From an uncultured Gammaproteobacteria bacterium (GTDB lineage: Bacteria; Cyanobacteriota; Vampirovibrionia; LMEP-6097; CAYGPN01): DNA of 64,000 bases. Under the pieces are notes generated by a model, which did no database searches, was not told the origin of the DNA, and saw nothing but the letters and a program-made list of their open reading frames with translations. Positions 1 through 7,394 of this stretch are shown here, in pieces; the first letter of the stretch is position 1, and each line of letters begins with the position of its first letter. The stretch spans positions 95,823-159,822 of the forward strand of contig CAYGPN010000001.1 in NCBI GenBank assembly GCA_964352085.1, given 5' to 3'. The position numbers were made by a program, and so were the translations under genes.

Positions 1-1
1 A

Positions 2-556
2 TCTATTGAAGTTACTGATAATCTGGATCTTAAAAAACCATTTTCAGTTATTGTTGCTGGTTCAGCTGGTGAAGGAGTGCAGTTTGCATCGCAAATGTTT
101 TTGCAAGCTGGTGTTAAAAATAATCTAAATGTGATGCAGAAAAATGATAACCCGGTTACTATCGGTACTGGATTTTCAATGACTGAGCTTAATTTCTCTA
201 AAGAAGAGATACTTTATTCTGGTATTGAAGCTGCTGATTATATGGTTATTACATCCATTGATGGTTTTAAAAGATTAAAGCAAGAGCTAGCTCATGCTGA
301 TGAGCATACTATTGTTGTTATGTGTGATAGTTTGCCAGAGCCAGATACTAAAGCTAAAGTGATCCGCAAACCTTTTAGAGAAAATGCTAAAAATAAACGT
401 GTTTGTAATATTATGGCTTTAGGTCATTTGTTTAAATACCTTCCAGACTTTCCTGTTAAGGCTTTTGAAACAGTGATTAGAGATGCTGGGAAAAATGTAG
501 ATCAGACTTGTGAAGCCCTCAACTTCGGCTACCACATGGGGTCAGACCCGGAATAG
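2..556 (+). CDS. 2-oxoacid:ferredoxin oxidoreductase gamma-subunit-like protein (5' partial, runs off window start)
   Basis: The frame stays open upstream of track ORF 77..556 back to base 2 (...KKPFSVIVAGSAGEGVQFASQMF...). This glycine-rich opening resembles POR/KOR gamma domains. The last codons (GSDPE) lie inside the left inverted repeat of the adjacent RAYT unit. Confidence 0.5.
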   Translation, partial: SIEVTDNLDLKKPFSVIVAGSAGEGVQFASQMFLQAGVKNNLNVMQKNDNPVTIGTGFSMTELNFSKEEILYSGIEAADYMVITSIDGFKRLKQELAHADEHTIVVMCDSLPEPDTKAKVIRKPFRENAKNKRVCNIMALGHLFKYLPDFPVKAFETVIRDAGKNVDQTCEALNFGYHMGSDPE

Positions 557-1549
557 CGGAAATTTTACATTATTTCTTTAACAATGCTTTCTAAGTAAGG
601 TGAGACTTTTAATTTTTTATCAAAACCTTTTACCATCTTTCTTGTAGCGTCTTCTTTGGAACCACCAATAATCTCTCCTATTTCTTTTAGTTTCAGCTTG
701 GTTTTTCCTCTTAGTAAATATGCTGTCATTTCTTTTTTGATTCTGTTGTTTAGATCGTAATTGTTTAATTGCTCATTTATATTGCTAATAATTTCTTCTT
801 GGTTTTGAATTTTAAGATCCTCTTGCGTAGAGACCATAAATTTTGAATTCTTCCAATATGAGCAGCTTTCAAAATCTATATTTCTTGTATCTGATTTGTT
901 TGTGTATTCATGAAAATTTGTTACAGATTTTAAATTGTTTCCATTAAAAATATTTGATAACCAATCAACTTTATTGAATTTTTCTGTAGGCTTGACTTCC
1001 TTGTAAGCCTTGTAACTAGACCATTTGAACTCACTTGCTTTGTTAACAATGCCTGCGTATACCGGATTCAGATGAATATATCTTGATAGCTCTAGTGCAT
1101 AACTTAAGTCTTTGACTTCTTTGTTTTTGTATCTGCCTTGAAATAAATGTCCACAACGATTATATTTCTTATTAAAAAACATTGTGTATTGGCTGCTAAT
1201 TTGTTGCATTATTTCTGATAGATTTGCTTCAGGTGTTTCAATGAAGAAGTGAAAATGATTGGGCATTAAACAATAGCAGTGAACAAAATAATTCAAAGGC
1301 TGACAGTATTTATTGCAAAGTTTTAGAAAAAACTTATAGTCACCTTCTGATTTAAAGATCTCGCACTTGTTATTACCCCTGTTGAAAACGTGGTATTTGG
1401 CTCCCTTGTATTTTATTCTTGTAGGTCTAGGCATGAATAAATTTTATGCATAAACATTGACTTAATAAGCTAGGATTAGGGTTTTGCCTAAGTTTATTTT
1501 TGGATTGTTATAGAAATATAATGAAATTCCGCTATTCCGGGTCTGACCC
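539..1549. mobile_element. RAYT/IS200-like unit: Y1 transposase gene bracketed by 23-bp perfect inverted repeats
   Basis: GGGTCAGACCCGGAATAGCGGAA at 539..561 is the exact reverse complement of 1527..1549. Each copy contains a palindrome (GGGTCAGACCC; CCGGGTCTGACCCGG) that can form a hairpin. The unit sits between two convergent genes. Confidence 0.7.
565..1434 (-). CDS. REP-associated tyrosine (HUH/Y1) transposase-like protein with C-terminal DnaA-domain-IV-like HTH
   Basis: HUH motif LMPNHFHFFIE and catalytic-Tyr context SRYIHLNP, both typical of IS200/RAYT Y1 transposases. The C-terminal LKLKEIGEIIGGSKEDATRKMV resembles the DnaA C-terminal HTH (xLxxIGxxFGG). Confidence 0.75.
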   Translation of the reverse strand: MPRPTRIKYKGAKYHVFNRGNNKCEIFKSEGDYKFFLKLCNKYCQPLNYFVHCYCLMPNHFHFFIETPEANLSEIMQQISSQYTMFFNKKYNRCGHLFQGRYKNKEVKDLSYALELSRYIHLNPVYAGIVNKASEFKWSSYKAYKEVKPTEKFNKVDWLSNIFNGNNLKSVTNFHEYTNKSDTRNIDFESCSYWKNSKFMVSTQEDLKIQNQEEIISNINEQLNNYDLNNRIKKEMTAYLLRGKTKLKLKEIGEIIGGSKEDATRKMVKGFDKKLKVSPYLESIVKEIM

Positions 1550-1554
1550 GGTGT

Positions 1555-2727
1555 TTAGAAGGCAGCTTCACCAGTAATAGACTTGCCAAGAATTAAAGTG
1601 TGCATATTTTCTGTGCCTTCATAAGTAATCACAGACTCTAAATTACACATGTGTCTCATGATTGGGTATTCCCAGGAAATACCATTAGCACCTAGAAGAT
1701 CTCTCGCTTCGCGTGCTGTGTTTAATGCCATGCGAGTATTGTTTCTTTTTATTAATGAAATGTGTTCATGTTTTCCTTTACCGGCATCTTTTAGTCTTCC
1801 AATCTGAAGAGTTAAAAATTGAGCTTTAGAAATTTCATTTAACATCTTAACTAAATTTTGCTGCACTAATTGATGTGAAGCAATTGGTTTGCCATGAAAC
1901 TGTACTCTTGACTTCGTGTAAGCAAGCGCTTCGTTATAACAAGCCATAGCCGCCCCCATCGTCCCCCAGCCGATTCCATAGCGTGCTTGAGTTAAACAGC
2001 TAAGTGGATATTTAAGACCACCTTCAGCTGTACCAGGAAGAAGGTTTTCTTCTGGAATAAAACAATCACTAAAAACTAACTCTGAAGTTACTGAAGCTCT
2101 AAGTGAATGTTTCTTTTTCATCAAAGGTGTAGTGAATCCTGGAGTATCCTTTTCTACTAAAAATCCTTTTACCTCTCCATCATGCTTAGCCCAAACCACA
2201 GCCACATCGGCAATGGATCCATTTGTAATCCACATCTTTGCTCCATTAAGTTTATAACCACCATCAACTTTCTCAGCTCTAGTTTCCATACCTGCTGGAT
2301 TTGAGCCGTGATCAGGTTCTGTTAAGCCAAAGCATCCAATTGCTTTGCCGCTAGCTAATTTAGGAAGCCATTTCTCTTTTTGTTCTTCTGAGCCGTATTT
2401 GTGAATTGGAAACATCACCAAAGAGCTTTGAACAGAAACAAAAGATCTAACTCCTGAATCAGCTGCTTCAAGCATCATATTTATAAGACCATAAGAAACG
2501 TAGTTAACACCAGCGCATCCATAACCTTCAAGAGGCGCACCAAAAAAACCTAATTCAGCCATTTGTGGGATTAGATGTTTTGGGAATTCATCTTTTGCGT
2601 AGCATTCATCTATAATAGGCAGAACTTCACCATTAACAAAATCTTTTGTTGCATTCATTATCATTTTCTCTTCATTGTTTAGAAGAGAGGCGAAATCTAC
2701 AAAATCAACTAGCTCTATTGCTTGCAT
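1555..2727 (-). CDS. gcdH: glutaryl-CoA dehydrogenase (acyl-CoA dehydrogenase family)
   Basis: Long colinear resemblance to GCDH: CFGLTEPDHGSNPAGMETRA, WITNG, LRAS, ARYGIGWG, LKRNN, ITYEGT..H.LILG..ITG..AF. Confidence 0.85.
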   Translation of the reverse strand: MQAIELVDFVDFASLLNNEEKMIMNATKDFVNGEVLPIIDECYAKDEFPKHLIPQMAELGFFGAPLEGYGCAGVNYVSYGLINMMLEAADSGVRSFVSVQSSLVMFPIHKYGSEEQKEKWLPKLASGKAIGCFGLTEPDHGSNPAGMETRAEKVDGGYKLNGAKMWITNGSIADVAVVWAKHDGEVKGFLVEKDTPGFTTPLMKKKHSLRASVTSELVFSDCFIPEENLLPGTAEGGLKYPLSCLTQARYGIGWGTMGAAMACYNEALAYTKSRVQFHGKPIASHQLVQQNLVKMLNEISKAQFLTLQIGRLKDAGKGKHEHISLIKRNNTRMALNTAREARDLLGANGISWEYPIMRHMCNLESVITYEGTENMHTLILGKSITGEAAF

Positions 2728-2808
2728 TAGTAAAAGTCTATCAATTAACTAATATTGTTGCCAATTTAGCAAAAATTAGTGCCAGGCACCAAAATTAGCA
2801 TTAGTTTC

Positions 2809-3669
2809 TTAAATTAGTCTTGCATTTTGTAAAGGTAATCTGTGCCTTGCTTCATCCACTTCATTAGGGCGAATTTCAGCAAATAGTATTTCTTCTTTAT
2901 CTTCACTTGCCTGAGCTATGACTTCTCCCCAAGGTCCAATAACCATTGAATGACCGTAGCACTCAAAGCTGGATGAGCTAATGCCGTATTGGTTTGGTGC
3001 AACTATAAAAACTGAATTTTCAATTGCGCGCGCGCGAAGTAAAGCTTCCCAGTGAGCTTTGCCTGTTGTTTTTGCAAATGCTGAAGGCAGAAAAACTATT
3101 TCAGGCATATTTGATCTGATTTTCCCGTCATCATATAAGAAGGATCTAAAAAGCTCAGGAAATCTAAGGTCATAGCAAATAGCCATAGCCATATTTATAT
3201 CTTTGTTTTGTCCTTTGAATCTTTCGCTAAAAATATCTTTTTGTTTTGTATCCCCAAATGCGCGGCTGCCACTTTCTTTTATAACTTTGCCAATATCAAC
3301 ATCAAAAAGATGAATTTTAGAATATTTAGATAAAAGCTCTCCTTCTTTATTCATATAGAAGGCAGTATTTAAAGGTTTGCTAGTATCGTTTGGATTTTCT
3401 TCTAAAAGACTTCCGCCCATAATGCTTACTTGAAACTTTTTAGCTAACGCAGATATTTCATCAAAAAATTCATTGCCAGCTTCAAGCTTTTCCGTGTTAT
3501 TTTTTTCTTCATTTGGATCACCACGAAAGTTTATAAGTTCAGGTAAAGCAATTATATGTGGATCATAGCTGCTTGCCGCTCTTGATATTAGATCCGTCAC
3601 TTTTTTAAGATTCTCTGATCTATCTGTTCCAGTTTCTAATTGTATGATTGCTAAATTTAAAGTAGCCAC
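2809..3669 (-). CDS. carbon-nitrogen hydrolase (nitrilase superfamily, Nit/omega-amidase-like)
   Basis: LPEL near the N-terminus, a catalytic-Cys context AICYDLRFPELF, and a C-terminal WGEVIA segment, as in CN-hydrolases. Confidence 0.8.
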   Translation of the reverse strand: MATLNLAIIQLETGTDRSENLKKVTDLISRAASSYDPHIIALPELINFRGDPNEEKNNTEKLEAGNEFFDEISALAKKFQVSIMGGSLLEENPNDTSKPLNTAFYMNKEGELLSKYSKIHLFDVDIGKVIKESGSRAFGDTKQKDIFSERFKGQNKDINMAMAICYDLRFPELFRSFLYDDGKIRSNMPEIVFLPSAFAKTTGKAHWEALLRARAIENSVFIVAPNQYGISSSSFECYGHSMVIGPWGEVIAQASEDKEEILFAEIRPNEVDEARHRLPLQNARLI

Positions 3670-3691
3670 TCTATCATTATGTCACACCGGT

Positions 3692-3719
3692 GGGATCACC
3701 ACGCTTCGCTCGTGATGAC
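3692..3719. repeat. hairpin repeat family copy (GGATCACCACG...CGTGATGAC variant)
   Basis: GGGATCACCACGCTTCGCTCGTGATGAC, immediately 3' of the 3722..4294 ORF. Related to the copies at 7039, 32062 and 57525. Confidence 0.7.
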
Positions 3720-3721
3720 TC

Positions 3722-4294
3722 TTATGCCTGCGCAATAGTCGGTGTGCGTTTTAAATATGCATCTTTTGCAGATTGTGGTTCATTAAATCTTGTTGGGCTA
3801 GGTAAACCCATAAATGCATTAAGCTCTTGAGATCCTGCTTTTGCATTGTATTTAAGTTGCTGTGCTTTAATTTTTAATCTTGCTTTTCTAGTATCTAAAG
3901 TATCTTGCTTAGGATCTAAACCTTCAAGCAATGTCGATGCTTCTTCTGGACTAGCTTTTGCGATCATTTCATTAAGCGCAGATTCTGGATCTTTTCTTTT
4001 AGCTACTCCGCCATCTGCTTTTGAATCATCAACTTTACTAAGCTTGCTTGAAAAAGCTTCAGACTGCTTTGCTCTAATAATGCTTGCAATCATGTTCTCT
4101 ACATTGCTTTGACCCTTAGACCTGGCTTTCCCTAGTAGCTGAGTGAGCACTTCTATAGGTAGACTTTTTAAACGTTCAGAAGCATCGATCCCGCCTTTAT
4201 TAAGCTTGGAGTCTTGTTCTTTATCCTGAGACTTATCGAGGCCTTGCTGACGGCCTAGTTGGACTTGCCTCAATTGGTTTTTATCAATTGGCAT
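3722..4294 (-). CDS. hypothetical protein (K/Q/S-rich, 190 aa)
   Basis: Long ORF in an AT-rich background, divergent from dnaA. No recognisable motif. Confidence 0.6.
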   Translation of the reverse strand: MPIDKNQLRQVQLGRQQGLDKSQDKEQDSKLNKGGIDASERLKSLPIEVLTQLLGKARSKGQSNVENMIASIIRAKQSEAFSSKLSKVDDSKADGGVAKRKDPESALNEMIAKASPEEASTLLEGLDPKQDTLDTRKARLKIKAQQLKYNAKAGSQELNAFMGLPSPTRFNEPQSAKDAYLKRTPTIAQA

Positions 4295-4428
4295 CTTGTT
4301 TCAACTATATTCAGCTTTCGTTAAGCTTTGGTTAAATAGGTAAAAACGACTAAAATCAAGTGAAATTATTATCATCACAAAGCAAATTGCCAGGTGATAT
4401 ATTGAATATCCCTACTCACGGTAGTCGT

Positions 4429-5838
4429 ATGAACAAAACTGACGATTTAACTAAAACACAGAATATTGAAGAGATATGGCAGGACGTTTTAAGCCATCTA
4501 TCAAAAAAGCTTAAAAAGCCTAGCTTTGATACATGGATTAGGCCTACCAAGCTTATATCCATAGATGATAGCTATGCAACGATCGCTGTAAAGAATGAGT
4601 TCGCGCGCAATTTCATCTCTCAGAGTTTCATGGAGCCGCTTCAAAACGCTTTAAAAGAAATACTTGCAGCATCATTGGGTTTAAGACTTGTTGTTGATGA
4701 GTCAATAGAAAATACAGATGAGGGACAAGCTAGTATTGCGTCTATCGCAGAACCTTCTCTAAAAGAAGAAGATAAAGATTTAGAGCAAAACTTTAATATT
4801 CAAATTCTTAACAAAATAAGAAAAGTTGAGACCAATCTAATAGATAAATTCATGTTCGAGAATTTTGTAGTTGGTCAATCAAACGAATTTAGCCACAAAC
4901 TTGCAAAGGCAGTTGCTGATGAGAAATTCATGGAAGCGCCTGTCTTTGTAAGCTCCGATTCAGGTCTAGGAAAGACTCATCTAATGAATGCAATTGGTAA
5001 TGAAGCTAAAATGCATGATAAAAAAGTTCGTTATGTAAATGGCGAGCAATTTGCTAACGAACTTATTGATTCAATTAGAAAAAATAATACTTATGATTTT
5101 CGCAAGAAATATCGTGAGCTAGATCTTCTTTTATTTGATGATCTTCAATTTTTACAAAATAAAAAAAGCTCACAAGAAGAGTTCTTCCACACCTTTAATT
5201 CTATTTCTGACAAGGGCGGGCAGATAGTAGTTAGCGCTGATAGAAGTGCTGATGCTTTAACTCTTGAGCCAAGACTTAAATCTAGGCTAGCTGGTTCCGT
5301 TACAGCAGAGATTGTTAGACCTGATTATGATATGAGACTTCAAGTTCTAGAGCATATCTCTTTAGCTGAAAATCTTGATCTTTCTCCAGATGTTTTAGAT
5401 ATTCTTGCAAAGCGTTTTCCTAATAATATTCGTGAGCTTGAAGGCGCTGTATGTCGTTTGAATGCTTACCAAAGTTTTAGTAACGAGATGATAGATGATG
5501 AGTCTGTAATCAAGCTTTTTGGTAGCTACCGTCATGGTGGACCTTTTCATGGTTTGACTATAGATAAGATCTCAACTGTCGTAGCTAAGTATTTTGGAAT
5601 TAAATTAAGTGATTTAACTGGGACTAGAAGACTTAAAGATTTCACAAAAGCGCGTCACCTTGCCATCTACCTAGCCTATGATCTTTTGAATATTAGTTAT
5701 TCAAGAATAGGTGAATACTTCTCTCACCGCAAACATAGCTCTATTATTCATTCAGTTAGACTAATTAAGACAGAGGTTATGAAAGATAGATCTTTGGGCT
5801 TGATGATCGATGATATTAAGTCTCGCTTCAGTGCATGA
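4429..5838 (+). CDS. dnaA: chromosomal replication initiator DnaA
   Basis: Walker A SDSGLGKTHL, LLFDDLQFL, sensor and box motifs, and the C-terminal HTH RHLAIYLAYDLLNISYSRIGEYFSHRKHSSIIHSV. The ORF is open from 4360. I prefer ATG 4429 (MNKTDD...EEIWQDVL) because of the usual DnaA N-terminus. Confidence 0.9.
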   Translation: MNKTDDLTKTQNIEEIWQDVLSHLSKKLKKPSFDTWIRPTKLISIDDSYATIAVKNEFARNFISQSFMEPLQNALKEILAASLGLRLVVDESIENTDEGQASIASIAEPSLKEEDKDLEQNFNIQILNKIRKVETNLIDKFMFENFVVGQSNEFSHKLAKAVADEKFMEAPVFVSSDSGLGKTHLMNAIGNEAKMHDKKVRYVNGEQFANELIDSIRKNNTYDFRKKYRELDLLLFDDLQFLQNKKSSQEEFFHTFNSISDKGGQIVVSADRSADALTLEPRLKSRLAGSVTAEIVRPDYDMRLQVLEHISLAENLDLSPDVLDILAKRFPNNIRELEGAVCRLNAYQSFSNEMIDDESVIKLFGSYRHGGPFHGLTIDKISTVVAKYFGIKLSDLTGTRRLKDFTKARHLAIYLAYDLLNISYSRIGEYFSHRKHSSIIHSVRLIKTEVMKDRSLGLMIDDIKSRFSA

Positions 5839-5892
5839 TGACTTTAGCTAAATCGTTTTAGCTAAAAATCATTTATCATTGAAGGAGATACT

Positions 5893-7038
5893 ATGAATTC
5901 AGCTAAAGAGGCTTTGGTAGAAAAACTGAAATACGATAGGCAAAATCCATACGCAGCAAAGTTAGTTGAAAACTATACACTTAATGCTAAAGGTTCGGAT
6001 AAAGACACACGCCATTTCTCAATTGATCTTGGTGATAGCGAAATTTCTTATAAACCTGGTGACTCACTTTATGTATATGCTAAAAATGATCCAGCTTTAG
6101 TAGAAGAACTTTTATCATTAGTAAAGCTTGATAAATCTAAAGAAGAAGAAGTAGCTAGATTTACTGAAGCTGTGAATTTGACTCGCCCTTCAAACAAGCT
6201 TTTCAACCTGATTCTAGAGAAAACACATGCAGCATGCCCGCCTTTTTCTGCTTCACATAATTATAGTTGCGCTGAGCAACTTCACGAAAAATTTAATGGC
6301 TATGGTGTTCTTGCTTTAGTGAAACACTTTAATGAGATTAAATTCAGCTCAGATGAAATTGCTGATAACTCATCTAAACTTCTACCGCGCGCCTATTCGA
6401 TAGCATCATCTATTAACGCGCATCCTAATAAGGTAGAGCTTTGTATTGCAATTGTTGATGAAGAAATAAATGGGCAGCCTATAAAAGGCGTTTGCTCAAA
6501 TTATATGGCGCACCGCGCAAAAATGAATGAAGCGGAGATGAAAGTCTTTGTTCATAATAATGATAAATTCAGACTACCAGCGGATCCTAGCGTAGATATT
6601 ATTATGGTAGGTCCTGGAACTGGGATCGCTCCTTTTAGAGCTTTTATAGAAGAAAGACTGCACGTTAATAAAAGTGAAAACATAACTAAGCCTGGACGTA
6701 ACTGGCTTTACTTTGGTGATAGACGCAGAGAATTTGATTATATTTATTCTGAGGAGCTTGAAAAATATGAAGCTGATGCTGCTTTAAAAGTAACTACTGC
6801 TTTTTCACGCGACCAAGAAGCAAAAATTTACGTGCAAAATCGCATGACAGAGCACGGCGATGAGATATATGAGTGGATTAAAGGTGGAGCTTACTTCTAT
6901 GTTTGTGGTGATGCTCGTCGCATGGCAAAAGATGTGGATAAAGCTTTAAAAGACATTCTCGGCGCTCATGGTGAAGATGCTGAAGAATATGTAAAACAAA
7001 TGAAGGCAGATGGACGTTACTGCCGTGATGTTTATTAG
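5893..7038 (+). CDS. FAD/NADPH-binding oxidoreductase, CysJ C-terminal / FNR-like module (no flavodoxin domain)
   Basis: RAYSIASS (FAD RxYS motif), GPGTGIAPFRAF (NADPH site), YVCGD, and a terminal GRYCRDVY like the sulfite reductase flavoprotein / P450 reductase C-terminus. Confidence 0.8.
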   Translation: MNSAKEALVEKLKYDRQNPYAAKLVENYTLNAKGSDKDTRHFSIDLGDSEISYKPGDSLYVYAKNDPALVEELLSLVKLDKSKEEEVARFTEAVNLTRPSNKLFNLILEKTHAACPPFSASHNYSCAEQLHEKFNGYGVLALVKHFNEIKFSSDEIADNSSKLLPRAYSIASSINAHPNKVELCIAIVDEEINGQPIKGVCSNYMAHRAKMNEAEMKVFVHNNDKFRLPADPSVDIIMVGPGTGIAPFRAFIEERLHVNKSENITKPGRNWLYFGDRRREFDYIYSEELEKYEADAALKVTTAFSRDQEAKIYVQNRMTEHGDEIYEWIKGGAYFYVCGDARRMAKDVDKALKDILGAHGEDAEEYVKQMKADGRYCRDVY

Positions 7039-7300
7039 CGTCATTGCGAGCGTGCCCGTCATTGCGAGCGTGCCCGTCATTGCGAGCATAGCGAAGCAAT
7101 CCATGGATCACCACTAGGGAGGGTTGGTGTAAACGAGAGATTTTTACGCAAGCATAAGTCTCCGAACCACTGCCGCAGGCAGTATAGGCTTCTCGTGATG
7201 ACGAGCTGTCATTGCGAGCGTAGCGAAGCAATCCATGGATCACCACGTCGCCTTCGGCTTCTCGTGATGACGCGACGTCGCCTTCGGCTTCTCGTGATGA
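7039..7300. repeat. composite cluster of hairpin repeats (17-bp CGTCATTGCGAGCGTGC tandem units, GCGAAGCAATCCATGGATCACCAC units, CGCCTTCGGCTTCTCGTGATGAC units)
   Basis: Direct reading. It starts 1 nt after the stop of the upstream gene. The track ORF 6878..7246 (-) is a repeat artefact (LLRYARNDG...). Confidence 0.85.
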
Positions 7301-7394
7301 CGAGCCACCGATAAGCCAAGATCATCCTTCTATACCAGGGTAATTACCCATAAATAATCAATAATCTGCCAATAATGATTACAGTGGTTCATAA

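Noticed and set aside
2740-2800. GTGCC-A-GGCAC palindrome between the C-N hydrolase and gcdH genes as a terminator
   Set aside because: A loop of 1 nt is sterically impossible, the usable stem is only 3-4 bp, and there is no clear T-run.
3846-4112. Antisense or embedded track ORFs. Others: 11498..11722, 12642..13127, 13857..14337, 15303..15560, 19277..19555, 22859..23059, 24217..24462, 25655..25843, 26081..26302, 26425..26610, 27513..27704, 31680..32168, 32702..33562, 35038..35373, 37009..37266, 40722..41757, 43783..43968, 44312..44497, 46517..46792, 47632..47823, 47983..48171, 49150..49407, 50740..51465, 54038..54841, 57598..57780, 58255..58476, 59017..59220 and 61587..61823.
   Set aside because: Each lies inside or opposite a much longer ORF with recognisable function or better coding signals. 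They are short, lack SD sequences, and are treated as non-coding shadows.
4295-4428. oriC-type DnaA-box cluster next to dnaA
   Set aside because: Only imperfect matches were seen by eye (for example TTATCATCA), and the flanks are short.
6878-7246. Track ORF (122 aa, minus strand). The same applies to 39225..39479, 39286..39474 and 39850..40032.
   Set aside because: These are entirely repeat-encoded (LLRYARNDG, VIARSKATKQSI, ARNDIYARND). They have no SD and overlap real gene ends.
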